A DNA stretch of 46,093 bases from positions 1-46,093 of the forward strand of contig JBHPGB010000005.1 of assembly GCA_042571085.1 (NCBI GenBank). Direction: 5' to 3'. The notes beneath the pieces are model-generated. The model ran no database searches and was not told where the DNA came from. It was given only the letters and a program-made list of their open reading frames with translations. This stretch comes from Patescibacteria group bacterium. Lineage in GTDB: Bacteria; Patescibacteriota; Minisyncoccia; Phycocordibacterales; JBHPGB01. Below, one piece after another: positions 10,307 through 18,248 of the stretch. Numbering within the stretch: position 1 is the stretch's first letter; the number at the start of each line of letters is the position of its first letter. The position numbers and the translations under genes are program-made.

Positions 10307-10603
10307 TCTGGTTCTCCAGATTGTTAAATTTCATTATTCCACCTCCCAAACTACATCAAACTATACGAAAAAGCAAATTTTCGCCATTTTTATGATATGC
10401 ATTATTGATTATTGATTTTTTTCTACCCTGTGGACATCCTATTGCACTAAAAAACCCTTGTTATATAATGGTTTATAGGTTTTGAGACAAAGATTTCGTA
10501 AGAGATCTTAAAAACAGGTCGTATTTATAAATAAAATTAATATGTAAATTAATATAAGTATCCCGTATTTGTATACTTGTAATTTGTTTACAATTTATAA
10601 CAT

Positions 10604-10876
10604 ATGAATAAAGCAGCACTAGCAGAAGCTATCAGCAACAAAATTGGTAGCTCAAAAGCAGACGCAGAGCGCGCAGTTGAAACATTGATTGAAGAAATCA
10701 CTAATTCACTAAAAAAAGATGAGGAAGTTTCAATCGCAGGATTGGGAATCTTCTCAGCAAAAATGCGTGCAGCTCGCACAGCTCGTAACCCACGAACAGG
10801 TGAGCCTGTAGATGTTCCAGCAATGCGCGTACCAAAATTCCGCGCGGCTAAAGCACTCAAAGACGCAGTAAAATAA
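10604..10876 (+). CDS. hup: HU family DNA-binding protein
   Basis: MNKAAL..., GLGIF, ARNPRTGE, PKFRAAKALKDAVK. Confidence 0.97.
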   Translation: MNKAALAEAISNKIGSSKADAERAVETLIEEITNSLKKDEEVSIAGLGIFSAKMRAARTARNPRTGEPVDVPAMRVPKFRAAKALKDAVK

Positions 10877-10892
10877 AAGATTTCCAAAATTA

Positions 10893-10988
10893 GCGCAGAG
10901 CTTTGTCGGCTGCGTCATAAAAAAGTTCACAGTATTTTTATACAGCTCACTTTTTTATTCCTTGCTTCCTTGCTCTGCATCTAATTTG
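10893..10988 (+). repeat. ~95-bp dispersed repeat, copy 1
   Basis: CTTTGTCGGCTGCGTCATAAAAAAGTTCACAG...TACAGCTCACTTTTTTATTCCTTGC matches the reverse complement of 34968-35063. Confidence 0.85.
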
Positions 10989-11109
10989 TGAAAACTTTTC
11001 AATTTTTTCGTACGAAAAAATTGACCCACTTATCAAAAAATTCCACTTCACGTGGAATTTTTTGATGCTTGTGCTCAATTCACAAAAATAGATTTCTATA
11101 GAGTAAGTA

Positions 11110-11199
11110 CTATTTATTCTTGAATCGATTTCTTCGACGCATTTTCTTGCGCCTTCTTCGCTTTACAGATTTTCTTTTGTTTTTTAATGATGTTCCCAT
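11110..11199 (-). CDS. Small basic protein, bS22/AURKAIP1-COX24-like (not in ORF track)
   Basis: Manual translation MGTSLKNKRKSVKRRRRKKMRRRNRFKNK* (29 aa, K/R-rich); followed by hairpin at ~11033-11066. Confidence 0.65.
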   Translation of the reverse strand: MGTSLKNKRKSVKRRRRKKMRRRNRFKNK

Positions 11200-11293
11200 G
11201 TGTTTTGTGTCTAATATGCCGTATTCGGTATTTAGTGTGTTTTATTGAATATGTTGCCTATTAAAGCATAATTGGCTTTAATTTGCAATGAGA

Positions 11294-11359
11294 CCCACCC
11301 GCACACATAAAATAAGAGCCCGGCGTACGCCGGGCTCTTATTTTATGTGTGCGGGTGGG
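11294..11359. terminator. Perfect 66-bp palindrome downstream of and overlapping tRNA-Gly 3' end
   Basis: CCCACCCGCACACATAAAATAAGAGCCCGGCGT|ACGCCGGGCTCTTATTTTATGTGTGCGGGTGGG. Confidence 0.85.
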
Positions 11360-11420
11360 GGTAATCGAAACCCCGCCACAACCTTGGAAGGGTCGTGTTC
11401 TACCACTAAACTACACCCGC
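11350..11420 (-). tRNA. tRNA-Gly(TCC)
   Basis: GCGGGTG acceptor, TAGTGGTA D-loop, anticodon loop CTTCCAA, TTCGAT T-loop; CCA not encoded. Confidence 0.95.
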
Positions 11421-12097
11421 ATATTATTTGATTGAGAATATACCTCGTCCGACCACGCCTGTATCTTACGGGATAAGAATACACCAAATTTCTCATTTCC
11501 ACAACTCTTTATGGTTAAATGTACAGTACCATGTGGTAGCCTACCTCTTTTAGCCATTTTTTTGTTTTCTCTCCTGTCAATTTGTGTTTTACCAAATTGC
11601 CGAAGTGGTAAATTTGTCACAGCAGACCAATACTGTAGAGATTCTTTTATATTATTATCGGGATATAAATGCACAGCCACAGAAAAATTTTCATCAGACA
11701 AACCACACACATTCTTAAACCACCCAATAGAAAGTCTGATTACATCAGGATTTGCGTTTATCATTCTAATCAAACTTTGTGTCTTTGCTCCCTCGCCGAT
11801 ATATAAACCAAGTCCTAACATAAACAAATCCCTATTATTTATTCTACCAATATCTTTCTTTGCTTCTTTTCTGGCTTTTTCTATTGATTCTCTTTTTATT
11901 CTACTTTTTACTTCACCAGATTTTGCTCTTGCATTACCAATACGTTTAATTGTTTCTTCGTTTGGTGTATATGGAATATCAGCAAGCCAATAATGTAGTG
12001 TACTTTTTGAAATATTAACCTTGTCAACAATATAGTTATACGAATGCCCAGCCTTACGCAATCTTACTGCTTTTTCTTTTTCTGTGTGTTTTGTCAT
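11411..12097 (-). CDS. tRNA-adjacent protein with N-terminal HTH and LAGLIDADG-like C-terminal domain
   Basis: LRKAGHSYNYIVDKVNISKSTLHYWL HTH; LGLGLYIGEGAK helix followed by NANPDVI; stop codon lies inside tRNA-Gly 5' end. Confidence 0.8.
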   Translation of the reverse strand: MTKHTEKEKAVRLRKAGHSYNYIVDKVNISKSTLHYWLADIPYTPNEETIKRIGNARAKSGEVKSRIKRESIEKARKEAKKDIGRINNRDLFMLGLGLYIGEGAKTQSLIRMINANPDVIRLSIGWFKNVCGLSDENFSVAVHLYPDNNIKESLQYWSAVTNLPLRQFGKTQIDRRENKKMAKRGRLPHGTVHLTIKSCGNEKFGVFLSRKIQAWSDEVYSQSNNMRV

Positions 12098-12184
12098 AAG
12101 TATATCATATCATAATATAGACAAAGGTTCTATTTTATACTCATAGAAAATTCCGCTAGTAGTAAATTCTGATATAATGTAGCA

Positions 12185-13345
12185 ATGATTGAACTCGTAA
12201 AGGAATTACTAATATCCACAGGAACTGTCTTAATCGGAATCACGCTAAATATATTAGCGCTTTTTGGTCTTGGCAACTCATATCATGAACAAATAGTTGA
12301 CCAAACCCAACCCTCAAATCAACAAAAAGAAAAAATTGTCGAAGAAAAAAGTAGAGAAAAAGCTGTCATTAAAGAAGCTGTTATAAACAGTAGTGAAGAG
12401 CAAGTAGAAATTCAAGAGGTGGTAAAAACAGAAATTGTTGAAACAATACAAACGATAGTACAACCAATTATCAACCAAACACAAACAATCAACACAGATG
12501 AACTCAACACATCGGCCCGTAACGCGTTAGTAAACGTACTGTGTTCGACAAAATCATCAGGGTCGCTCAATCCTTCAAGCGGAAGCGGGGTTATTATAGA
12601 CCCGCGTGGTATCGTTCTCACAAACGCACATATAGCTCAGTATATTTTACTAGAACAACACGGAACAGGAGATTATATAAGCTGTATTTTGCGAACAGGT
12701 GCCCCAGCGTACCCAACATACCTCGCTGAAATACTTTACATTTCACCAACATGGATAAAAGGAAATGCCGAAAAAATTATTGAAAACGATCCAGTTGGAA
12801 CAGGTGAGAATGATTTTGCGCTCCTGCATATTACAAAACACATACAAGATGATGTGAATTTACCAGACCAATTTCCTTTTATTGAAATAGAAACGGACGA
12901 AAACAACATAAAGAAAAATGTGCCCGTGTTAATTGCTGGATACCCTGCTGGATTTTTAGGTGGCACAATCATACAAAAGAGTCTCTGGCCAGTCACAGCC
13001 TTTTCATATATTACTGAAGTGTTCACTTTCATATCAGGCACTATTGATCTTGTTTCCCTAAACGGAAACATTGCTGCACAAAAAGGATCATCTGGCGGAC
13101 CTGTGTTGAACGCAAACACAAGTAAACTCGTAGGAATCAGTGTCACAAGAACAGATGCTGAGCAAACAGCAGACAGGGTTCTAAATGCCATAACTATTCC
13201 GCACATCAATCGTTCTATCTTTTCAGAAATAGGTATAAATCTCGGCTCATATATTTCTGGTGACTTATCTGAAAGAGCAGACAACTTTAACAAAACAATC
13301 TCCCCTTCCCTCGCAGAACTTTTGGAGGAAGTGTTGAGAAAATAA
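12185..13345 (+). CDS. Membrane-anchored trypsin-like (S1) serine protease
   Basis: N-terminal TM; GSGVII, LTNAHI (His), NDFALL (Asp), GSSGGP (Ser); no PDZ domain seen. Confidence 0.9.
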   Translation: MIELVKELLISTGTVLIGITLNILALFGLGNSYHEQIVDQTQPSNQQKEKIVEEKSREKAVIKEAVINSSEEQVEIQEVVKTEIVETIQTIVQPIINQTQTINTDELNTSARNALVNVLCSTKSSGSLNPSSGSGVIIDPRGIVLTNAHIAQYILLEQHGTGDYISCILRTGAPAYPTYLAEILYISPTWIKGNAEKIIENDPVGTGENDFALLHITKHIQDDVNLPDQFPFIEIETDENNIKKNVPVLIAGYPAGFLGGTIIQKSLWPVTAFSYITEVFTFISGTIDLVSLNGNIAAQKGSSGGPVLNANTSKLVGISVTRTDAEQTADRVLNAITIPHINRSIFSEIGINLGSYISGDLSERADNFNKTISPSLAELLEEVLRK

Positions 13346-13640
13346 TCATCACTTGCAAAAAAAATAAGAAATGATAGTTTTGTATTGGGTATTAAGTAGT
13401 TTTTTATATTTCTCACACAATAAACAGGAGTGATTTGTATGCAAAAACGAAAAAGTAAACAAGATATAAAAAAACAAGAAGCAAAACCGCATTCGTAAAA
13501 AGAACGGAGTTCCTTCAAGAATCATTAAAAAAACAGACCGTCGCGGAAGGCCACTGTTTTAAATTTTAAAATAATACACACAAATCAAAACACCGTAATG
13601 GATTCAAAGCCCATTACGGTGTTTCTTATTAAAAATTTTA

Positions 13641-14192
13641 CTATTTTTTCAATATCCCTGCGGTAAATAAATATAATGAAGTTTTCTTTGCTTCGCTTTC
13701 TGGAATGATTTCGAGCTTATCATTATCAACAAAAATGAGGTCTCCCATAAAAGTAACTGGCTGTGGCACATATACAGCTATTTTTTTATTTTTTGATTCA
13801 TCGCTATTTTTTACCAAAGAAACATCCTCATCTGTTATAAAACCAATTTGTCTTATCCCGTCAGAAATATTCACGTATACCGGTTTTGTGAATGCTTTCT
13901 TAGCTTTCTTAGAAACATCTTCATAGTGGACTGCTACTTTAAACAAATTGGCAATTACACCTTCTGTACCTGAAAAACGTACGATGAGTTTTCGTATCCA
14001 AGAACCAAGAAAACTTGATGTTAAAAAACCAAGTAATGCAATTGAAAGAAAAGTCAGTACTAGCACAAATGAATTTGAACTTGGAATAAGCCCGCCAATA
14101 AGCGAGGTTGCTGATTTGGCGATTTGATAGAAAAGAATAATCGGTATCAAAAATACCAATCCGCTTATAAAATATTTAAATAATATTTTCAT
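13641..14192 (-). CDS. DUF502-family membrane protein
   Basis: KYFISGLVFLIP, IGFIT, VYVP..P..G.L pattern. Confidence 0.75.
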   Translation of the reverse strand: MKILFKYFISGLVFLIPIILFYQIAKSATSLIGGLIPSSNSFVLVLTFLSIALLGFLTSSFLGSWIRKLIVRFSGTEGVIANLFKVAVHYEDVSKKAKKAFTKPVYVNISDGIRQIGFITDEDVSLVKNSDESKNKKIAVYVPQPVTFMGDLIFVDNDKLEIIPESEAKKTSLYLFTAGILKK

Positions 14193-14195
14193 GAA

Positions 14196-15260
14196 TTAAT
14201 TTTTAATGAATACAGTTTGAGTAGGATAAGCCATTTCAATCCCCTCTTTAGCAAATCCTTCCATAATTTTAAAATTTATTTCTTGTCGTGCATTTGCATA
14301 ATCCACGTAATCATTTGATTCTACATAATACACAGTTGTAAATATTAGCGCTGAGTCTCCAAAATTCATAAAATGTGAGCGGTCAAAGCGAGTGTGTTCC
14401 GTACCACTGATTGCATTCCCAATTATTTCTGTAATCTTCCGTACTTTTTCTTGTGGAGTTTCATATGTTATCCCAATATCAAAACTCACTCTTCGTTCTT
14501 CAAGCTTCTTGAAATTCTGCACCCGTGCACCTGTAAGCTCGCCATTTGAAATAACAATCTCTTCTCCTTGCAAGGCTCGCAAACGAGTAGTCTTAATACC
14601 AATTTTTTGCACAACACCTGAGTGTTCCCCGGCGACGATATAATCCCCCACCTTGAATGGCTTGTCTACATGAATTGCAAATGAGCTAAAAAGGTCTGCA
14701 AGAATGTTTTGTAATGCAAAAGCAATTGCTAGGCCACCAATACCAAGACCTGCGATCATTGAGTTGATATTCACACCAAGGTTAGAAAGTATAGCAAGTG
14801 CTGCAAAAACCCACAGAGACGCCTTCAGAAGCCCTGTGATGAAAGAAATAATCCCTTTACTACCCTCATCTTCTTCCCCTTTAAAAAACTTCTTTTTAAC
14901 AACGTAGTCGATTAGGATTTGAATAGCAACAACCACCTGATATGCAACCCATATTAGAAGTAGTGTGTTTAATACTGTCTGTAATGTGGGGTGCAATACT
15001 AAGAATTGCAATGCCGCATAAAGTGCCACAAATGTGTAAAATTTAGGACGAATAGAATCTACAACTTCAATCAAAGTATCATCTATGTCTGTTTTTGTTT
15101 TCTTTGAAAGTTGTCGTAAGCTACGCAACACTATTTTCTGTAACAACATAAAAGCAAGCGAAAAAACAAGCAGCGCAACAAACGCGATCACATAATCAAT
15201 CACTGAATTTCCCCAAAAAGTCTTAAGCCATACTGGCATGTTATATATTTGTTCCATCAT
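14196..15260 (-). CDS. mscS: Mechanosensitive channel, MscS family
   Basis: AGLGIGGLAIAFALQNIL, KPFKVGDYI, IGIKTTRL, GIEMAYPTQ. Confidence 0.95.
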   Translation of the reverse strand: MMEQIYNMPVWLKTFWGNSVIDYVIAFVALLVFSLAFMLLQKIVLRSLRQLSKKTKTDIDDTLIEVVDSIRPKFYTFVALYAALQFLVLHPTLQTVLNTLLLIWVAYQVVVAIQILIDYVVKKKFFKGEEDEGSKGIISFITGLLKASLWVFAALAILSNLGVNINSMIAGLGIGGLAIAFALQNILADLFSSFAIHVDKPFKVGDYIVAGEHSGVVQKIGIKTTRLRALQGEEIVISNGELTGARVQNFKKLEERRVSFDIGITYETPQEKVRKITEIIGNAISGTEHTRFDRSHFMNFGDSALIFTTVYYVESNDYVDYANARQEINFKIMEGFAKEGIEMAYPTQTVFIKN

Positions 15261-15305
15261 ATTTTAAGTATCGTAATATGTATTCACATGTTACTCATTT
15301 TTTTG

Positions 15306-15376
15306 TCGGGATGCCGAGAATCGAACTCGGACCGCTCGGTCCCAAACCGAGTACACTACCACTATGCTACACCCCG
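15306..15376 (-). tRNA. tRNA-Pro(TGG)
   Basis: CGGGGTG acceptor, anticodon stem CTCGG/CCGAG with loop TTTGGGA, GTTCGATTC T-arm. Confidence 0.95.
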
Positions 15377-15586
15377 TTGTTTTGTTTAAAAACAATACTC
15401 ACTATACTACCATTTTTTGCTTTAAAATCAATGTATTTGTGATTATTTTAAAATGGATAACTTTAACAAAATACCCTTCATGCATATCTACCGTCTGTCA
15501 TCTCAAGGACAATATTTACTTGGTACTGTCTTTTATATGTCCTTTATATCTAGACTTGTATTTCTCACCAAATCAGACCGTATTAA

Positions 15587-16357
15587 TGTTTCACGTGAAA
15601 GTGTTTAGGTTTCTCTATCTGTGCTTACTTCGTCACTCGTCACTGTAGTTCGCGAACAACGTGACTCATGAGTGACGTGGCTATTACTCATCCAAGGTGT
15701 CGCCTTGGATGAGTTCCGCGTCTAATCCGCATTAGGTCTGCGTACAGCCTGTATTTGCTATTCTTCTAGAACAATGTTTTCTGTCATTCTAATCCTTGCT
15801 TGTTTGTTATCCATGTCTATAAACACAGCGATTATATCTAATTGCCACGCAATATTACACTCACCTGTTTCACGTGAAATATATTTATTCTCCATTAAAT
15901 ACGAGTCTATTGCTCTGTGTAAGCGTTTTATTTTATAATCATCTACTTTTTCTTCCGGTAGATCGTACACAAACCTTTCACGTGAAACAAGTGCGATGTT
16001 TTCACGTGAAACAGTTTTAACTTCAATAAAGTGAAGAATATCCTCAGTCTTCCCTATTTCACGTGAAACAATATCTATCTCACCCCATTTCTTAAGATAG
16101 TTTCTATCCAAAATATCCCAACCCTTCTTTTCTATCAAGTGTCTGCACGCAACATCTTCACCAAGATCACCAAATTTTCGTCTTTCTGTTACCATTTGGG
16201 TCAATTATAACATACTAAAGTAATGTGTTTCACGTGAAAACACAAAAACACACATCCAAAAACCCTTGTTTTTGAGCATATTAATCGGCTCAACCGGGTT
16301 GAGCCGTATTTTATGTACTAAATTTGCTTAAATTTCTAAATTGTTTCACGTGAAAGT
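15587..16357. promoter_or_regulatory. Cluster of seven parS-like palindromes
   Basis: TTTCACGTGAAA cores in 16-mers starting at 15587, 15866, 15974, 15998, 16055, 16226 and 16342; each is 1-2 mismatches from TGTTTCACGTGAAACA. Confidence 0.85.
15758..16195 (-). CDS. yraN: YraN family (UPF0102) PD-(D/E)XK-fold protein
   Basis: GDLGEDVAC..L, ILDRNY..KWGEIDIV, HFIEVKT, WQLDIIAV; ATG at 16195 preferred over TTG at 16204. Confidence 0.9.
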   Translation of the reverse strand: MVTERRKFGDLGEDVACRHLIEKKGWDILDRNYLKKWGEIDIVSREIGKTEDILHFIEVKTVSRENIALVSRERFVYDLPEEKVDDYKIKRLHRAIDSYLMENKYISRETGECNIAWQLDIIAVFIDMDNKQARIRMTENIVLEE

Positions 16358-16521
16358 ATTTTCAAACGTTACTTAAGTAACGTTTTTAATATTTTTTAGA
16401 TAAAGACACTTGATTTATGTCAACAGCTCCATAGAATACCCTTATTTTAAGCCATTTTTATAGGATAAAGACATGTTTTTACGGACGTCTTTTTCACTTA
16501 AAAAGGTCGTCTTTTATACAC

Positions 16522-16565
16522 ATATCCACTTAGTTATCCACAGTTTCCCACTTTTTTGTGAATAA
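16522..16565. promoter_or_regulatory. DnaA-box cluster
   Basis: TTATCCACA at 16534-16542 flanked by ATATCCACT, TTTCCCACT and TGTGAATAA; TTATCCACT at 16710. Confidence 0.55.
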
Positions 16566-16725
16566 AATCAATGGTTTTTGTATTTCTTAGGCTCTATTTT
16601 GTACTTTTTATGTACTTTATAATCAAAATTAATATGTCCCTTAAAAGTCTTGTTGTATTGTAAATTTCATCATGTTAGTATTAATGTAGTAGCCAAGAGC
16701 TGTTTAGACTTATCCACTCAGGAGA

Positions 16726-17025
16726 ATGCTCATGAAGATGTTTATTATGATTACTTTGTTTACTGTGATGGTCGCGATGTCTACAGTCACCAACGCTTTA
16801 AGTGCAGATGAACAAGCAGCTATTGACGCTGCCACGGATGCAAATGAGGTGTTTGAAAAAGAAGCCGCGATAGCTAAAAACAGTGAATCCTACGCTGAAG
16901 CATTCACACGCCTAAGCGATGCCAATAAAAAGCTGTTGGAGCTCTACAACAAAAGCGTGGATCCAAATGATCGCAGTGATATGCTGAGAACCCTCGTTCA
17001 GGCAGATCCTCCAGGAATGCCTTAA
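16726..17025 (+). CDS. Orphan secreted hypothetical protein
   Basis: AGGAG SD, signal peptide, helical body, downstream hairpin with T tract. Confidence 0.7.
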   Translation: MLMKMFIMITLFTVMVAMSTVTNALSADEQAAIDAATDANEVFEKEAAIAKNSESYAEAFTRLSDANKKLLELYNKSVDPNDRSDMLRTLVQADPPGMP

Positions 17026-17127
17026 TAAAAGAATTCGCATTATCATTGAAACAGGCCTTGGCCTGTTTTTTTTGCAAATACTGGAGAATTGCGTATAATA
17101 TGCGTACGAAATAGGGGAGTATCGCTT

Positions 17128-17206
17128 GCGGATATGGTTTAGTGGTAAAACAGGTCCTTGCCAAGGATCAGTCGGCAAGTTTTGAATCAGCCGATTACCC
17201 ATCTGA
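17128..17206 (+). pseudogene. Degenerate tRNA-Gly(GCC) copy
   Basis: 17128-17175 identical to the first 48 nt of the tRNA at 17235; T-arm disrupted, with a residual CGATTACCC. Confidence 0.8.
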
Positions 17207-17234
17207 TAGGGGAAGTACAATTACAATTTATTAT

Positions 17235-17305
17235 GCGGATATGGTTTAGTGGTAAAACAGGTCCTTGCCAAGGATCAGTCGGGGTTTCGATTACCCCTAT
17301 CCGCA
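17235..17305 (+). tRNA. tRNA-Gly(GCC)
   Basis: GCGGATA/TATCCGC acceptor, anticodon loop TTGCCAA, TTCGAT T-loop. Confidence 0.95.
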
Positions 17306-17348
17306 CATAGAAAAATGGCTGAATTGATTCAGAAACATTATCTAAGTT

Positions 17349-17420
17349 GCGCCTGTGGTGAAATGGATATCACAACGGTCTTCGGAACCGTTTTTGTGGG
17401 TTCGAGTCCTGCCAGGCGCA
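17349..17420 (+). tRNA. tRNA-Arg(TCG)
   Basis: GCGCCTG/CAGGCGC acceptor, stem ACGGT/ACCGT with loop CTTCGGA, GGTTCGAGTCC T-arm. Confidence 0.93.
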
Positions 17421-17615
17421 CAAAATAATAAAATCCTGTAGTTTTTTGGACTGCAGGATTTTATTATTTTTATGTATGGAAGGACTCGAACGGAACTTTT
17501 GCGCCATTGGTCTGAGCAAAAGTCAGTGGCTCTGAGGAGCTCTGCAAATATATCTTGAATACTTGGAACGATTTGAGTGGAGTGGAGGAAGAGGAGTCCT
17601 GCCAGGCGCACAAAA
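17404..17615 (+). repeat. Direct repeat of tRNA-Arg 3' end enclosing a ~170-bp element
   Basis: GAGTCCTGCCAGGCGCACAAAA at 17404-17425 and 17594-17615; internal AGGACTCGAAC is complementary to the T-arm. Confidence 0.8.
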
Positions 17616-17672
17616 CTAAAAAACAGTGAGGCACTTCGCGCCTCACTGTTTTTTAGTTTTGTTGATATAAAC

Positions 17673-18101
17673 CTACTTTGTATGATTTATCCACTGACTA
17701 TGTACGAATACATTCTCACTACTTATACGCATGAAAATTTGTGTCATGATATCCACTAAATCTCTTCTAAACCGGTATAAATCTTCTGCGATACTTTCTC
17801 TGGTGCTGTATTTTTCAAGAAACTCTTCGACTGGAATACTCAAGGCGACCATCTTTTTTCCAAACTCTATAATTTCAGTCGGGTCTTCGTGCTCAGCCAA
17901 AAGTTTTTTCTCAAGCGCAGGATAAAATTCAGCATCTTCCAATGCAAGGTGCTCCAGTAGCACATCACCAAATTCCTTCATGTGTGCCAATAACACATCA
18001 TAATCTGGCCCTACCTTTGAAGCCTCTCTTTCAAGATGCAGCATTTCCTCCTTTATTTTATTATGCTGCTTATTTAATGTTTCAATAAGATTTTCAGTCA
18101 T
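17673..18101 (-). CDS. Hemerythrin-like domain protein
   Basis: LNKQHNKI, EHLALEDAEFYPAL, RISSENVF; ATG at 18101 preferred. Confidence 0.75.
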   Translation of the reverse strand: MTENLIETLNKQHNKIKEEMLHLEREASKVGPDYDVLLAHMKEFGDVLLEHLALEDAEFYPALEKKLLAEHEDPTEIIEFGKKMVALSIPVEEFLEKYSTRESIAEDLYRFRRDLVDIMTQIFMRISSENVFVHSQWINHTK

Positions 18102-18248
18102 ATTTATATTAAGCTCAACCAAAGCAAACCTGCGCATTCCATAAAAAGTTATCTTTTGTGAGCTGTATTTTGTTAATTTTCTAAAATTGCTGTATTGTTA
18201 GAACATGTTGAGAAACTTCAGTTTCCCAATGTAATATAATAATACTAC

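Noticed and set aside
11040-11060. TTCACGTGGAA as an additional parS
   Set aside because: Part of the hup terminator hairpin (AATTCCAC/GTGGAATT); poor 16-mer match
13439-13498. SD-led 19-codon ORF MQKRKSKQDIKKQEAKPHS
   Set aside because: Too short and low-complexity to support without conservation data
15587-16357. Repeats as a CRISPR array
   Set aside because: 12-16-bp palindromes with irregular spacing that match parS
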